From positions 204,289 to 268,288 of the forward strand of contig CAJINV010000026.1 in assembly GCA_905178155.1 (NCBI GenBank): DNA of 64,000 nt, in the 5' to 3' direction. Every line of letters begins with the position of its first letter. Position 1 is the stretch's first letter. Below are positions 34,870-47,129 of the stretch, in pieces. Under the pieces are notes generated by a model. The model had not been told where the DNA came from, made no database searches, and saw only the letters and a list, made by a program, of their open reading frames with translations. A program made the position numbers and the translations under genes. This DNA is from Amoebophrya sp. A120. Its lineage: Eukaryota; Protista; Dinoflagellata.

Positions 34870-36780
34870 TGCTTGAAAACGAACAAGCTTTTTTTGTCCG
34901 CGAAATGCTAAAACTTTCCAGAAAAAGTCAGGAAAGCAAGTGAAACCCTAGTGATTGCGGTGCTATTATGCACGGCAGCGTGGATTTCCGTTACAGAGTC
35001 ACTACAGAGTCGCTTCATTATGATTTCGCAAATTTTGGTAAAAACTTCCAATCCGGAAGCCATCAGAAAAGCACTTCGCGCCTTCTCAAAATAAAAACTA
35101 CAAATAATATTGCCGTGCTGTTTCCGAATGTGTTAGTCCTGCTTGAAGAGAAAACGCCTCCTTTTTTTGTGTCCGAAATAAAAATACTCACTTCTCTAGG
35201 AAAAGTAACGAAAGCAAGTGAAACCCTGGTGACGGCGTTGCTATTCTGCACGGCATCGTGGGTTTCTGTTACAGAGTCACTACTGACTCGCTTCACTTTC
35301 ATTTCTTAACTTCTAGTAAAAACTTCCAGTCCGCAAGCCACCAGGAAAGCAATTCACGCCTTCTCAAAATGAAAAGCACAAAGGTAGCGCCGTGCTGTTT
35401 CCGAATGTGTTAGTCCAGCTTGAAGAAAAAACGCCTCTTTTTTTTGTGTCCGAAATAAGAATACTAATTTTTTTAGGAAAAGTAACGAAAGCAAGTGAAA
35501 CCCTGGTGACGGCGTTGCTATTCTGCACGGCATCGTGGGTTTCTGTTACAGAGTCACTACAGAGTCGCTTCACTTTCATTTCTTAATTTTTAGTAAAAAC
35601 TTCCAGTCCGGAAGCCATCAGGAAAGCAATTCACGCCTTCTCAAAATGAAAACTACAAAGGTAGTGCCGTGCTGTTTCCGAATGTGTTAGTCCAGCTTGA
35701 AGAAAAAACGCCTCTTTTTTTTGTGTCCGAAATAAGAATACTAATTTTTTTAGGAAAAGTAACGAAAGCAAGTGAAACCCTGGTGACGGCGTTGCTATTC
35801 TGCACGGCATCGTGGGTTTCTGTTACAGAGTCACTACAGAGTCGCTTCACTTTCATTTCTTAATTTTTAGTAAAAACTTCCAGTCCGGAAGCCATCAGGA
35901 AAGCAATTCACGCCTTCTCAAAATGAAAACTACAAAGGTAGTGCCGTGCTGTTTCCGAATGTGTTAGTCCAGCTTGAAGAAAAAACGCCTCTTTTTTTTG
36001 TGTCCGAAATAAGAATACTAATTTTTTTAGGAAAAGTAACGAAAGCAAGTGAAACCCTGGTGACGGCGTTGCTATTCTGCACGGCATCGTGGGTTTCTGT
36101 TACAGAGTCACTACAGAGTCGCTTCACTTTCATTTCTTAATTTTTAGTAAAAACTTCCAGTCCGGAAGCCATCAGGAAAGCAATTCACGCCTTCTCAAAA
36201 TGAAAACTACAAAGGTAGTGCCGTGCTGTTTCCGAATGTGTTAGTCCAGCTTGAAGAAAAAACGCCTCTTTTTTTTGTGTCCGAAATAAGAATACTAATT
36301 TTTTTAGGAAAAGTAACGAAAGCAAGTGAAACCCTGGTGACGGCGTTGCTATTCTGCACGGCATCGTGGGTTTCTGTTACAGAGTCACTACAGAGTCGCT
36401 TCACTTTCATTTCTTAATTTTTAGTAAAAACTTCCAGTCCGGAAGCCATCAGGAAAGCAATTCACGCCTTCGCAAAATGAAAAATACAAAGGTAGTGCCG
36501 TGCTGTTTCCGAGTAAATTACTCCTGCTTGAAGAAAAAACACCTCCTTTTTTTGTGTCCGAATTAAAAATACTAACTTTTCTAGAAAAAGTAATGAAAAG
36601 AAGTGAAACCCTGGTGACGGCGTTGCTATTCTGCACGGTGTCGTGGATTTCTATTACAGAGTCACTACACAGTCGCTTCACTATCATTTCACCACTTTTA
36701 GTAAAAACTTCCACTCCGGAAGCCGTCAGAAAAGCAATTCGCGCCCACCTTTGACAATGACAAAGACAAAGGTAGCGACA
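34870..36780. repeat. Tandem array of ~277-bp units (~7 copies)
   Basis: AAGTGAAACCCT recurs every 277-278 bp; central copies are essentially identical and edge copies diverged. Confidence 0.92.
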
Positions 36781-37854
36781 GGCGGGATACAGCTAGACCA
36801 CTTCTAGTCCGCAGGATGCCATGAACGGATAATCCGCGAGGAAGGTCCGCCTGCTGAGAAGATGATCCTGCTGGTTTCCTGACTGAAGAGGAAGGTCCGC
36901 CTGCTCATTTCCTGACTTCCAGTCCTGTAGTCGCAGATGATTCTTTCAAGGAAGCAGTCTCTTCATCGCTTAATGTAGTGTCATCTTCATAGCTTCTTCG
37001 TAGCCACTTCTGCTAAAAAGTACTCAAACAGAAACTGCTCGCCTCACTTGCAAGAACAAAATCCACTCGAGAGAGAAGTCCGCTCACAAAAAATATCACA
37101 CATGTTCGTGATGCCGCTCCGCGGCATCCTCTCCAACACACTTCAACGAACGCGGACGCCAAGACGAGAGCCTTACAGTGCCCAGCACGACTTTTCCGAA
37201 GCTCAAATGGTCAACGCCGCGCAGCGCCGGCGCATAGCAAGTCCCACCGCAACAGCCCGCCGCAAGTGGAGGCCGCGCGAACAGGGGCGCGCAAGAAGGA
37301 GTTTCCGCGGTGCGCCCGGGCGGATGGAAACCCCAAGGCCGGGCCAGCGGGCAAGAGCAAGCTTGCCCGGCAAGCGCCTGCGCTGCGCGGCGGCGGCGGT
37401 GGAGGCTCAAATGCAAGGGCCTCGCGGAATCATCAGCGGCAAGTAGGCGGATCGCGCGGGCCGGGCCTGGTGGCCACGGGCGAATCGCGCGCCCCGAGCG
37501 AGCAAATAGGCCCAAGCCAGGGGGCCGGCTACTGCCCGCGGGCGGCCGGCGCAACTGAAGGAACAGCGCGCCGGGCCGGCGGCGCAACTCGCAAGGGTTG
37601 CCGCAGGCGGCGCGGAATAGCACCAGAATCCGGCGGGACGAGTGCGCTCCCGTACGCGGCTAACGTCTGTTGGACGCCCACGAGCTCACTCCCCACGGCG
37701 TTTAGACGCTCGATCGCCTTGGGCACGTGGTGGCCCAATTTGTTCGCGGTCTGCGACGTCGAGGACTGTACGTCCTGAGCTGCAAGCCGGTGCTGCGCCT
37801 GCTCTTGCGCTTTTGCCTGCGCTGTCATCGCCGTGCCATGATCAAGTCGAAGTC

Positions 37855-38562
37855 TTACAAAAAGTTCCTGCTGTGCCAGGACCGGGCCGTTGTTTATCAA
37901 ATGCCAAGAAATATGTCTGGGTCTGGAAGAGTCATCGGCAGCCTGTTTTGGTATGACACGGAAGACCTGCCACGGTAGCCGTAGCATCACAAATTTAGTC
38001 GAAAAGGTTTCGCAATGCCTATGCCGCATGACAAGTCGTTTATTTATTTCGGTGACAGGAAGTGGGCAACTACTTTTGCTGCCGATGCATGAGAGATTTG
38101 TGCTTGCTTTTCTGAAACGCGCATCAGAAGTTTGCATCCTTGCAGGCCCAGACCTATTTGCCATGCATATTGCTTCCCCTTTACCGATTTCCGTCATGAC
38201 GTCGGCAACAGGCTTTCCGCAAAAACTGCAGTAGTCCAGATATCAAAAAAAAAACATTGGAGGTGTAACGTTTTTTGTGGAACAGCCCTACAAATCTCTT
38301 TAGCATGACAGCAAATTCTGTCCTGCGCAGATAGCATGCGAAAGCGCACTTGATTGGCACCTTCAATGCAAGACCAGCATCACAGACGCAAGCACCTCGC
38401 GTGTTGCGCATCACAAAATTGCAACATCTACAATTTTCTTTTTTTGTTGGATACCAGAGCGCAGACGGAACGCCCCCAGTGGTAATGCAGGTTTCCGTGC
38501 CAGTTCCCCGGAGGTACGCAATAGTTGCAATTCCCGCGCCGAGACCCTCCGCCGCCAGCCAT
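37855..38562 (-). CDS. Small Cys-rich protein (~69 aa, two CxxC), 2 introners
   Basis: MAGGGGSRRGNCNYCVPPGNWHGNLHYHWGRSVCALDYCSFCGKPVADVMTEIGKGEATARSWHSRNFL* after removing 38241-38453 and 37895-38169 plus DRs; 210 nt. Confidence 0.45.
37895..38169. mobile_element. Introner family A (degenerate)
   Basis: Family A TIR; DR TTGTT/TTGCT. Confidence 0.8.
38241..38453. mobile_element. Introner family B
   Basis: Family B-like TIR; DR CCAGA/CCAGA. Confidence 0.82.
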
Positions 38563-39106
38563 GGTATTCCTGCAACTTAGCCTCTCAGAAGAAGTCGCAA
38601 GTAGTTCCTCCACGTCGTCCTGGGGCTTTGCGCCGTGAGCTAAGTACTCTTCTCCCACTCCTGTGCTGGTTAATAATATACGTTTACAGTTTTACGAAGT
38701 ATTTTAACTTTCACTTTCTCGCGTGTTGCACTCATCTCTCTAGTAGAACGGGGGTAATAGTTTTTACCGAACCTCCACAGGTGGACTAGAGCTAGACCAC
38801 TTCTAGTCCGGAGGGACGGATGATTTCCTGACTTCCCCTCTGTCTTGATGTAGTCGCAGAAGATGACTCTTTCAAGCAAGCAATCTGTCTCGGTGTCATC
38901 TTCGTCGCCTCTTGTTCTTATTGTATATGCTGCTAAAGAAGTAAACAGAAACTGCTCGCCTCACTTGCAAGAACAAAGTTCACTCGAGAGAGAAGTCCGC
39001 TCACAAAAAATATCACACGTGTTCCTGATGCCGATCCTGCGGCATCTTCCTCTCCAACACACTGCAATCAACGCGGACGCCAAGACGAGGGCTTTCTCGA
39101 TGTTGC

Positions 39107-39613
39107 TCAGCAGGACTTTTTCAAAGTTGAAAGGGCCAGCGCCGCGCAGCGCCGGCGCATAGCAAGTTGCACCGCAACAGCCCACCGAACGTGGCTGGGG
39201 GCCGCGCGAAACAGGCCTGAGGGGCACGCAGGAAAGAACTTCCGCGGAGAGCCCGCCCAGCTGGAGGCGAGGCCGGCCGCGGCAAGGCCACCGCGAAAGA
39301 GTCTGATTGCCCGGCCAGTGGCAGCGCTGCACGGCGAACGCGGCGGGCGGGGGCACAAATGCAAGGGCCCCAGGGAATCACTAGCGGCACGCGCGCCCGG
39401 GCCTGGTGGCCACGCGCGGCGCGCGCGCTCCGGGCAGACAGAGAAGGAGGCCGGGGCCAGGGGATTGCCGCCCGCGGACGGGCGGCGCAACTGGAGGAAC
39501 ACCGCGCCGCAGACGATGCCGCAAATCATAAAGATGGCGCACATCGCTGCATCGTGCGAGGACCCGGGCGCAGCCTTCGCCTCCACCCTGGCGATTTCCT
39601 CCGTAAACTTCAC
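39107..39613 (-). pseudogene. Short TM-bearing ORF in a duplicated block, paralogous to ~37096-37623
   Basis: AMCAIFMICGIVCGAVFLQLRRP versus GALFLQLRRP in the other copy. Confidence 0.3.
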
Positions 39614-41061
39614 GGGCGCACCTGTTACGGCTTGCCGCGCGAGTTTTATCTCCGCCCCTCCGCTCCGTGCCCCACCGTCGTCTTCTTGCTCCCCCGCGGC
39701 ATTTTCAGCTGTCAGCGGTCTGCGTCTCCGTTATCCTTCGAAGGACGTGCAGCACAATAGGAACAACCACGCGCGGGGGTTCATCGGGTAGTCGCATTTT
39801 TTACATGCTGAGCTACTAGTACTAGTAACTCCTTGCACTACTGGTTTTTATAACCCGCAACAAACATGTAACGCAAGACAATGAAACAAGCACACTCGCC
39901 TGTCTCTTCGTGGAAGCGGAATCAAATCCGGCAACTTCGCTCTGGTAAAATGCTGGCTGATAGACCTCATAGGAAACCAATCTAGTACTTATGAGAGATC
40001 CTTTCATCGTACAAACCGTGCACGCTCCACTAAAAACATAAGTCATAGCCATCTCTGCACCTCCGGATTACTTTAAAATCAAGAAAAATGAAAACTCGTG
40101 AGATTTCCGCTCCGCACACTGAAGCCCACCGCAGACCCTCTAGAACAGGACTCTCTTTCTCGTCCCGGGAACAGCACTGCAATGTCTTGACTACAGCATG
40201 CAGCACCCGCGTATTAACAGAGAACACGTCGCACTCGAACTTCGCCAGAACGAAGTGTCGCGCGCCCTGTTCCGGTATCCAGATTTTCTTCTTGCGTTTC
40301 GATTTTCCACAAACTGTATACAGATATTGAAGTCCTCTTCTAGTTTTTCTTTTTCGATCTTAATCTGCGCACCTCTTCGTCACGATTTTTATTTTGTACA
40401 ACGGATATTAAGCGCGAGGTGCTTATTTTAATTTTCTTCACCGCTTGTGCTTCGCTGTAATTCTTCTACCTGTTGGAAATAATAGAGTGGAGAAGTCTGA
40501 TAGCATTTTACAGAAGTTTTTTTTTAGTGTCAATCGCGAATAAGGAAAAGTCGTATTGTTTCTTGAAAGCTGGCAAATACAAGTTCGTATTAATTTCGGT
40601 GCGTTCTGAATATTTTCATTTTTCGCATTCGTTTCAACATTTCGGATATAATAATCGAGTTGGCAAGTAGCTCTACCACTTTTTATCCAGGAAACTAATT
40701 TTGGCGTGTACACAGATCATACAACAACGGCGAAGTTTGAATTTGGGGAGAAAGGTGTATTAACGTAGTGAAAAGGGTTCTTGTGCTCGACGTCTAACTC
40801 ATCTGAAAGTTCCTTTGTTACAATCTGAATAGTTACGTGATAATTTTCCGAGTGAAACAAGTTATACTTGCAAATAGTAGTCAAATTCTGTTAAATTAAA
40901 AGTATAAACTGAAAATAAAATGCTTTCTTGAAATGGTCTGCTAAAACTGAAACTTGAACGTAAAACAAAATTCCTGTCGTCTGAGTGTGATCGTTTATTT
41001 GCTTTCCCAAGACCTGGGTAATTGTATGAAAAGATACTTCGCCGCAGCAGGCGATCGTAGC

Positions 41062-44000
41062 CTACAGCCACGCCTCGCAAGAGTGGTTTCTCTCCCGCCC
41101 AGCCGCTGGACACTCCTCCACCCCATGTTCCGGTTCTGGCTCCGCTAGAACTGATGTGCTTTCTGCTTCCGCAGTCAGTTGTGGTAGTTCTTGTGCGATA
41201 GTTGTGCTGTTTGTAGTTCCCATCGCTGCGAAAGTGCCCTGGTCTACTCCTTCAGCAGCTTCTACTGGAACATTGCAGGAAAAACCACGAGCGCCATGAT
41301 CATCTCCCGAGCCCGCGTCGCAGGTGGCGCCGCAGGTAGTCAAAGACCTGGCTCTACTACAAGTCTTCTCGCGCCACACCACACTGGAATCGTTCGCGTG
41401 AAACATTTGGGCGGCGGTATCAGGCACGCTCGTCTCGGCGTCGGCTGAGCACGAGGATGCATCACTGCCGGGAAACACTTTGGCAAACAGATTCTTTGCT
41501 ACCGTGGCGAAACTGAAAGACGAACTACCCGGTGCGGGGGAAGATGAAGAAGTCGGAGAAGAAGTACTAGAAGTTGTTGTAGCAGTTGCCTTTGATGTAT
41601 ATTTCCCTTCCACCTCCTCGCTATCTTCTTGTTCTTCGTTCTCGATTTCGCTTATCCTGAGTAAAAACGTGCCCACACCAGAGTCAGGATGGGGATTTTG
41701 CAGCACAAACCTCCGAGTTTTGTGAGTCACGCATGACAAGCTGCACTCTGCAGCGTAGTGCAGGTTAGCAAGTGCAGCCGCGTCACAGATTCGTCTGCTC
41801 ATCCTGTTCACAGCATCACAAATTCCAAAACACGACTGGAAATGGCTCTCATGCGGATGCGCATTACAAGTCTTCCTGTCTTTGCAAATCTGCATTACAA
41901 CTCTGGTGTGGGTACGTTTTTACTCAGGATATCGCTTTCGGCTTCACTAACCCACTCCTCCTCTTCGACCTCCTCGAACAGGAATTTCTGATGCGCAATC
42001 AGCATCGCCTGCTCCACCGCTCGCGCGCGCTCGAGCTTTCCCCTTTTCTCCCGTGCGGCCGAAAATTGGAACCCGAGAAGGAGGAAGACGATGAGCAAGA
42101 GTCAGGTATGCATCGCAAACACTACGCCGCCTCGTGTCGTAGGTACAAACTGGTGATGAGTAGTGGAAGACACGTAATGATACATTATATTCTCTCGGTC
42201 TCGCACTTTCCATCTATATTGCATGACAAAAACACCTCTTCTCAAGTATCGATGATTCAGCGTCGCAGTGGTTTGCAAAAATGCGTAAGCGGCGACAATG
42301 AAAAACTCGGAGGTGCAACAGGACGACGCGATCGCTTCTGCGTCTGCCATGCTGGCGGGCCAGAATGAATTCCCCAGGCGGCTCGTCGAGAAGATGGTTG
42401 CCGTTGGCTTCGGAGCTGCGAGGCTACTTTGGCTGTAGTTCTCGTCGTTATTTTCTTCGTCTTCGAGCAGCGTGTCGTAAGTTGAAACGTCGTAGTCCTC
42501 CTCCTCCTCGTCCTCTTCTTCGTCATCCCCCAGCACTTTTAGCAGTTCCTCGTCTTGTCGTTGATGACGGTCAGCGATTGTATTTGCTGGATCTTCGACC
42601 ATGTTTCGGTGTCTGGTAGTACCAGTTGTACTACTCTCCGCAGAATTCGCAAGTACATCCGGAACGATTTGTAGTTGCACATTCCCGGTCGTTTCCTCCA
42701 CGACAATCTTCTGCCTCTTCGCTTGCAGTTTTCCACTGCCCCGGAGGTTGAAGTTTTTCGTTCTTGTTTGCGCGGACGTCACTGCGGGATTCGATAATTG
42801 GGACGTCGGAAAGATGTAGTTGCTGTGCAACAACTGCTGCGAGAGTTCTTCAGCCGTAGAAGAAGCCGCCGGCTCACTAGAAGTACTGGCACCTGTTGTC
42901 GTGGGTTCGCGCTGATTTTGCAGATGATTCCGATTGTTTGCTTCCACCGTAGTATCTTCCAGAGCGGAGAAGGCATTCGGTGTGGATTGTAGTTCTGAGA
43001 AATGCGGCTCCTGTGCATCTTCCAGCACATCATGCGCGTCGTGAGAGGTGGAGTCTCGTCCACCTGGCAAGCTGAGCGTCGTGTGGTCATCTACTACCCC
43101 AGTAGATGTAGATGGAGCTGCGGAGATTCCATTTTGTAGCGGCGGCGCAAGAACTTCTGCAACATCGTTGTTGAACCCGCCCTGGAGTTCCAAAAAAGTC
43201 TCTGCGTCAGGAACTTCCGCTACTGAAAACGCAGTTCCTGCTCCTTGTTCGTGCGAAGATTCTTCCGTTGCCACTGCTTCCTCTTGTGCGGGGTGGTGTT
43301 GTTGCAAAATGGAACTGTGTGACTCACGTGCTGCAGCTGGTGTGACGTCATTACTATGTTCGCCGTCCCGGGTAGAAGTTGCAGTATCTTGCGTGAGCAC
43401 CGTTTTATCGTTGTCCTGGCTAGCAGGTTTCGTTTCGTAGCTCGTCCTGTCGCCTGCAAGCTGTTGAGCAGAAAATGACGTTGAACCGGATGTTGAGCCA
43501 GCAAGAACGCCGTCGTGTGGCGGCAGTTTTTCTTCCCTGGTTCCTTCTTCCAAGAATGAACTGGCAGCGCTGGCCCCCTTTTGTTTCTTCTTTTTCTTGT
43601 CGCCCTTCTTCTTAACCTTCTCCTCGACTTCTTTCACGACCTCCTTTACTTTGTCTTTCTTGCTGCTCTTTTTCTTCTTTTTTCCTTCATCCGCACTTTT
43701 GTCTTTCTTGCTTTTTTTGTTTTTTTTCCCTCCATCTCCGTCTTCCACATCCGCTGCGCCAGCATCTTCTACTTCCTCCGCCGGCTGCTCGTCTTCACTC
43801 CTGCCCTTCTTGCCCTTGTTTTTCTTCTTGTCTTTTTCACCCCTGCTGCCTTTTTTCTTCGGCTCGTCCACCTCGCCCGCTGCGACTCCTCCGTCCCCGT
43901 CCGGCTCTTCTATGGGATTCTCAACTGTTACATTCCCAACGGTTACACGAATATGTATATGCAAGCATAGCAAACGTCAAAGGGGGAGGCTGCACCTCTA

Positions 44001-47000
44001 GCATTACAAATTCCGCACAGATTCAGCCGCTGTTTCATCCTTCCTCGCAAATTTGTCATGCGAGGCAGCTTGCTCGTTTGGATCTTGATGGTAGTTCTGC
44101 ATGACAAACCCCTGTAAAAAAGTTGAGAATGTAACGTTTGAGAACCCCATACCTTCACGAGCATTTTTGCTTTTTTTCTTCCGGCTGCTTTTCCGGGACA
44201 CGGGCTCGGCATCTTCCTCTCCGCCACTTCCTCCGCCGTCCTCTGGTGGTAGTTCCTCATCATCTGCTGCTTCGACGGCACCGCCGGGCTGCTGCTTGTC
44301 CGGTTGATCTTGGCCCGACGGCGTCACAGGGGCTGCCTCTCCTGCCGGCGGTTCCCGTTGCTCCACTGCACTTGGTTCGGCCGGTGCCGCGGCAGCTGCT
44401 GATGGCGGCGCGGCTTCTGCACGGGCGGCAGCCGGCGCAGAATTGTCCCCGTCACCTTGTTCTTCCGACTGTTCCTCGTCCTATCAGAAGGAAAAATCCC
44501 CCCGCCCCATATCGAAACGGAAACTTCTGTTGCTGGATTTGTGTACACAAATCAGCTTTGTATTGCAGTGAGGCACTACAAGCAAAGCCTCAGCCTGCGT
44601 AGGGGTGTTTTGTTGTAGGCACTTAGCATGACAGAGGCCTGCCATTTACGTGAAACAGCATCACAAATCGCCTCCATAAGGCGGCGGAATCTCTGGGCTT
44701 GCCTTCTTGCAAGACAGATGTGATTTGTGACCTCAAATCCGCAACACAAATTTTTGGAAACATTCTTTTTCGATATGGGGAGGGGGGATTTTTCCTCTTA
44801 ATACCTCCTTGGGCATACCAGCAGCCTTCGATCCCTTGCCCTTCCCGCCGCCTTTTGCGCCCGCTATGGTAGTGTCAGGACCGAAATCGACAAAGTTAAA
44901 ATAATTTGTGATGCATAAAGCGGATACCATTTGGCGTCTAGTTTTCAATTGGCGCATGACAAATTTGGGCAGAACCGAAATCCAGTTTGTAATTCTGTTT
45001 GGGTAAGGTAGACGCCTTTTTTCATGCTACTTTAGCAGGTCTATTTCTACCCCTCAACAGGCTTACAATCTGCCTCCCTTCCCTTCTCTGCAAGACAGGC
45101 ATTCTGTGGGTTGCATTTTATGCATCGCAAACTATTCCAACTTTGATGATTTCAATCCTGACGCCTTCATACCCGCCTTGGCGGTTGTATCCTTCTTCCC
45201 GGAGCCCCGCGCCGCTAGGCCGATCGCTCCTACGCCCAGCGCTGCCGTGCCCGCGACGGTGGCGACCTGGCCCACTTTGTCGTGCATATCCTCCTGCCCG
45301 TTCCAGGCGTCCAACACACCTTGAAAATTGTGATCGTCAGCGTTGTCCTCGTCCTGCCACCAATCGTATGCATTGCAAATATGTCTGGGTTTGGAAACTT
45401 GTGATGCTGGGTTGTGAATAGTGAATGCAGCTCTGTAATGCACAGCCAAGCATGTGAAATATTTGTGCGGCTTAGTGCTGCGTTTTTCCTATGACAATAA
45501 ACTGCGTTTCTGCATGACCAGCAAAGGGTATCTTTTTGGACACGCATCACAAGTTCTTCAGTCTGTCATGCCAGACAAGCATGACAAAGCTCGCATCCTC
45601 CCAGGCCCAGACAACATTATATTTGCGATTGATAACTCGTGCGCGTTATCGATAGTCCAGACGTCGTTATTCCACCAGTCCGTGATTCCCTCGTAGACCT
45701 CGCCCGGCATGTGCTCTTTTAGATTCGTAGCGTCCATCGCAGCATCCCAGGCTTTTTCTCCGGCTGCGTCCCAGGCCTGCTCGATGTGGTTGTATACGTC
45801 GTCGCCGAAACCTCCGATATCGAAACTCTGCCGCGCTCCTTGCTTGGCCATCTGCTTCGCGCGCGCGACCTCCGCTAGTTGTTCCTTTGCCCTGTTTCTT
45901 TGTTCGCGGTTCATGATCCGGCGCTCCTGCGCAGTCGTTTTTTGTTCTCCCGCCTGGTGTTTTCCTTTCTTCTGCAATTTCTGCAGCTTCTGCTGCTGCT
46001 CGGACTTCTTACGCGTCGATTTTTCTTCTTGCTGTGCGGTTTCTGCTTTGGTGGAAGCTGTAGCCATCTGCTTTTGTTCGTTGAGGGTCACTATCAAATG
46101 TAAAAATGTCTGGGTCTGGAAGATTCTGAGACTTGTCATGCACGTTTTGCATGAGCCCTGATGTCTGTGATGCATGCCCTAGCATCACAGATTTTTTGAG
46201 GGCTTCTTGATGCCTATTCCGCATGACAAATGCCCTCCCCGCGTAGCAAGCATTACGCTCCCTTTGCTGCTCAAGCAATACAAATTTTTTTCGAATCCAG
46301 GGACAGCATCACAAGTTCCAACCTTCCAGACCCAGACATTTTTCCAGTTGATAGTCACTCTGTGCGCAGCTTCGTGCTGGTTCAACTTCGCGCGGTCGAT
46401 TTTCGCTTCCGCTTCCCCGGTGCGTTGTTGTTCCGCTTGCTTGTGCTTGGCTGTGTCAACCAGAAGTTTTTCATTTTCCTCCTCCTTCTCCTGTAGTTCG
46501 ACTTCCAGCACGGACGAGGTGGACGGGGGAGGAGTCTTGTTCAACATCTCAGCAGGTTGTACTAGCAAAGACGAATCCAGGACTGGATATGAGGTGGATG
46601 TTGAAGCGGGACCACGACGAGGACTCTTGTTCAGCTCAACAGCATGCTGTCCCGAAGAAGGTGGCGCGGGTGGTCCTCGTAGCTCCTCTACTACCCCGTC
46701 GTTGGAAGAACGACTGGCTGCTTCTCCTTCGCGGATTTGTTCTGCGGATGCGCGACAATTAACGAAAAATGCGTTCGGCAAGAGCAGAAGTAGGAAAAGC
46801 AACAGTTTCACCGAGGGAGATGTGTAGGAAAGTGCAGCCTGTCCTCTTCCATTTCCGGAGAAAGTGCAGTTCTCGTGGGGGGACATCCTTCGCAGGTCGA
46901 ATTTTTTGTCAACGGGACTTGAGCACGGCGAATCGTCGGAAGGAGACGTTGCGGTGTTGCTACTGCAGTAGGCCTGCTCCTGCCCCGGCAAGAAATAACT

Positions 47001-47129
47001 CCCACGAAGAACGACGTTCATTTTTCTTTCCATCCCGCAGGCTTCCCCATCCGTCCTTTTTTTCTCACAAACTGATCGCCGCGGCTCGAAAAGGCGCTGT
47101 CGCACCGTCCCGCGAAGTGGGTCAAACAT
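41062..47129 (-). CDS. Large low-complexity membrane/surface protein (~1390 aa), 7 introners
   Basis: 4173 nt = 1391 codons after removing 7 elements plus DRs. Hydrophobic LLLFLLLLLPNAFF near the N-terminus, K/E-rich and S/T-rich tracts, and TM helix EFFIVAALLLIVFLLLGFQF that only forms after splicing 42107-42287. Confidence 0.7.
41653..41931. mobile_element. Introner family H
   Basis: TIR TATCCTGAGTAAAAACGT.CCCACACCAGAGT; DR TCGCT/TCGCT. Confidence 0.9.
42107..42287. mobile_element. Introner family G (degenerate)
   Basis: Degenerate TIR; flanks TCAGG/AGCGG; removal joins a TM helix in frame. Confidence 0.65.
43911..44151. mobile_element. Introner family F
   Basis: TIR TATGGG.TTCTCAA..GTTACATTC; DR TCTTC/CCTTC. 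Confidence 0.87.
44482..44803. mobile_element. Introner family C
   Basis: Family C TIR; DR CGTCC/CCTCC. Confidence 0.88.
44865..45171. mobile_element. Introner family E
   Basis: Family E TIR; DR CCCGC/CCCGC. Confidence 0.88.
45367..45634. mobile_element. Introner family A
   Basis: Family A TIR; DR AATCG/ACTCG. Confidence 0.85.
46092..46353. mobile_element. Introner family A
   Basis: Family A TIR; DR GTCAC/GTCAC. Confidence 0.9.

Larger units (their letters stand above)
36790..39510. repeat. Diverged duplication at ~2-kb offset (36790-37620 vs 38790-39510)
   Basis: Shared GCTAGACCACTTCTAGTCCG and AAACAGAAACTGCTCGCCTCACTTGCAAGAACAAA...CACTCGAGAGAGAAGTCCGCTCACAAAAAATATCACA. Confidence 0.8.

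Noticed and set aside
34870-36780. CRISPR array or repeated 64-67-aa genes
   Set aside because: Units are 277 bp with no unique spacers and no cas genes. The ORFs are incidental to the satellite.
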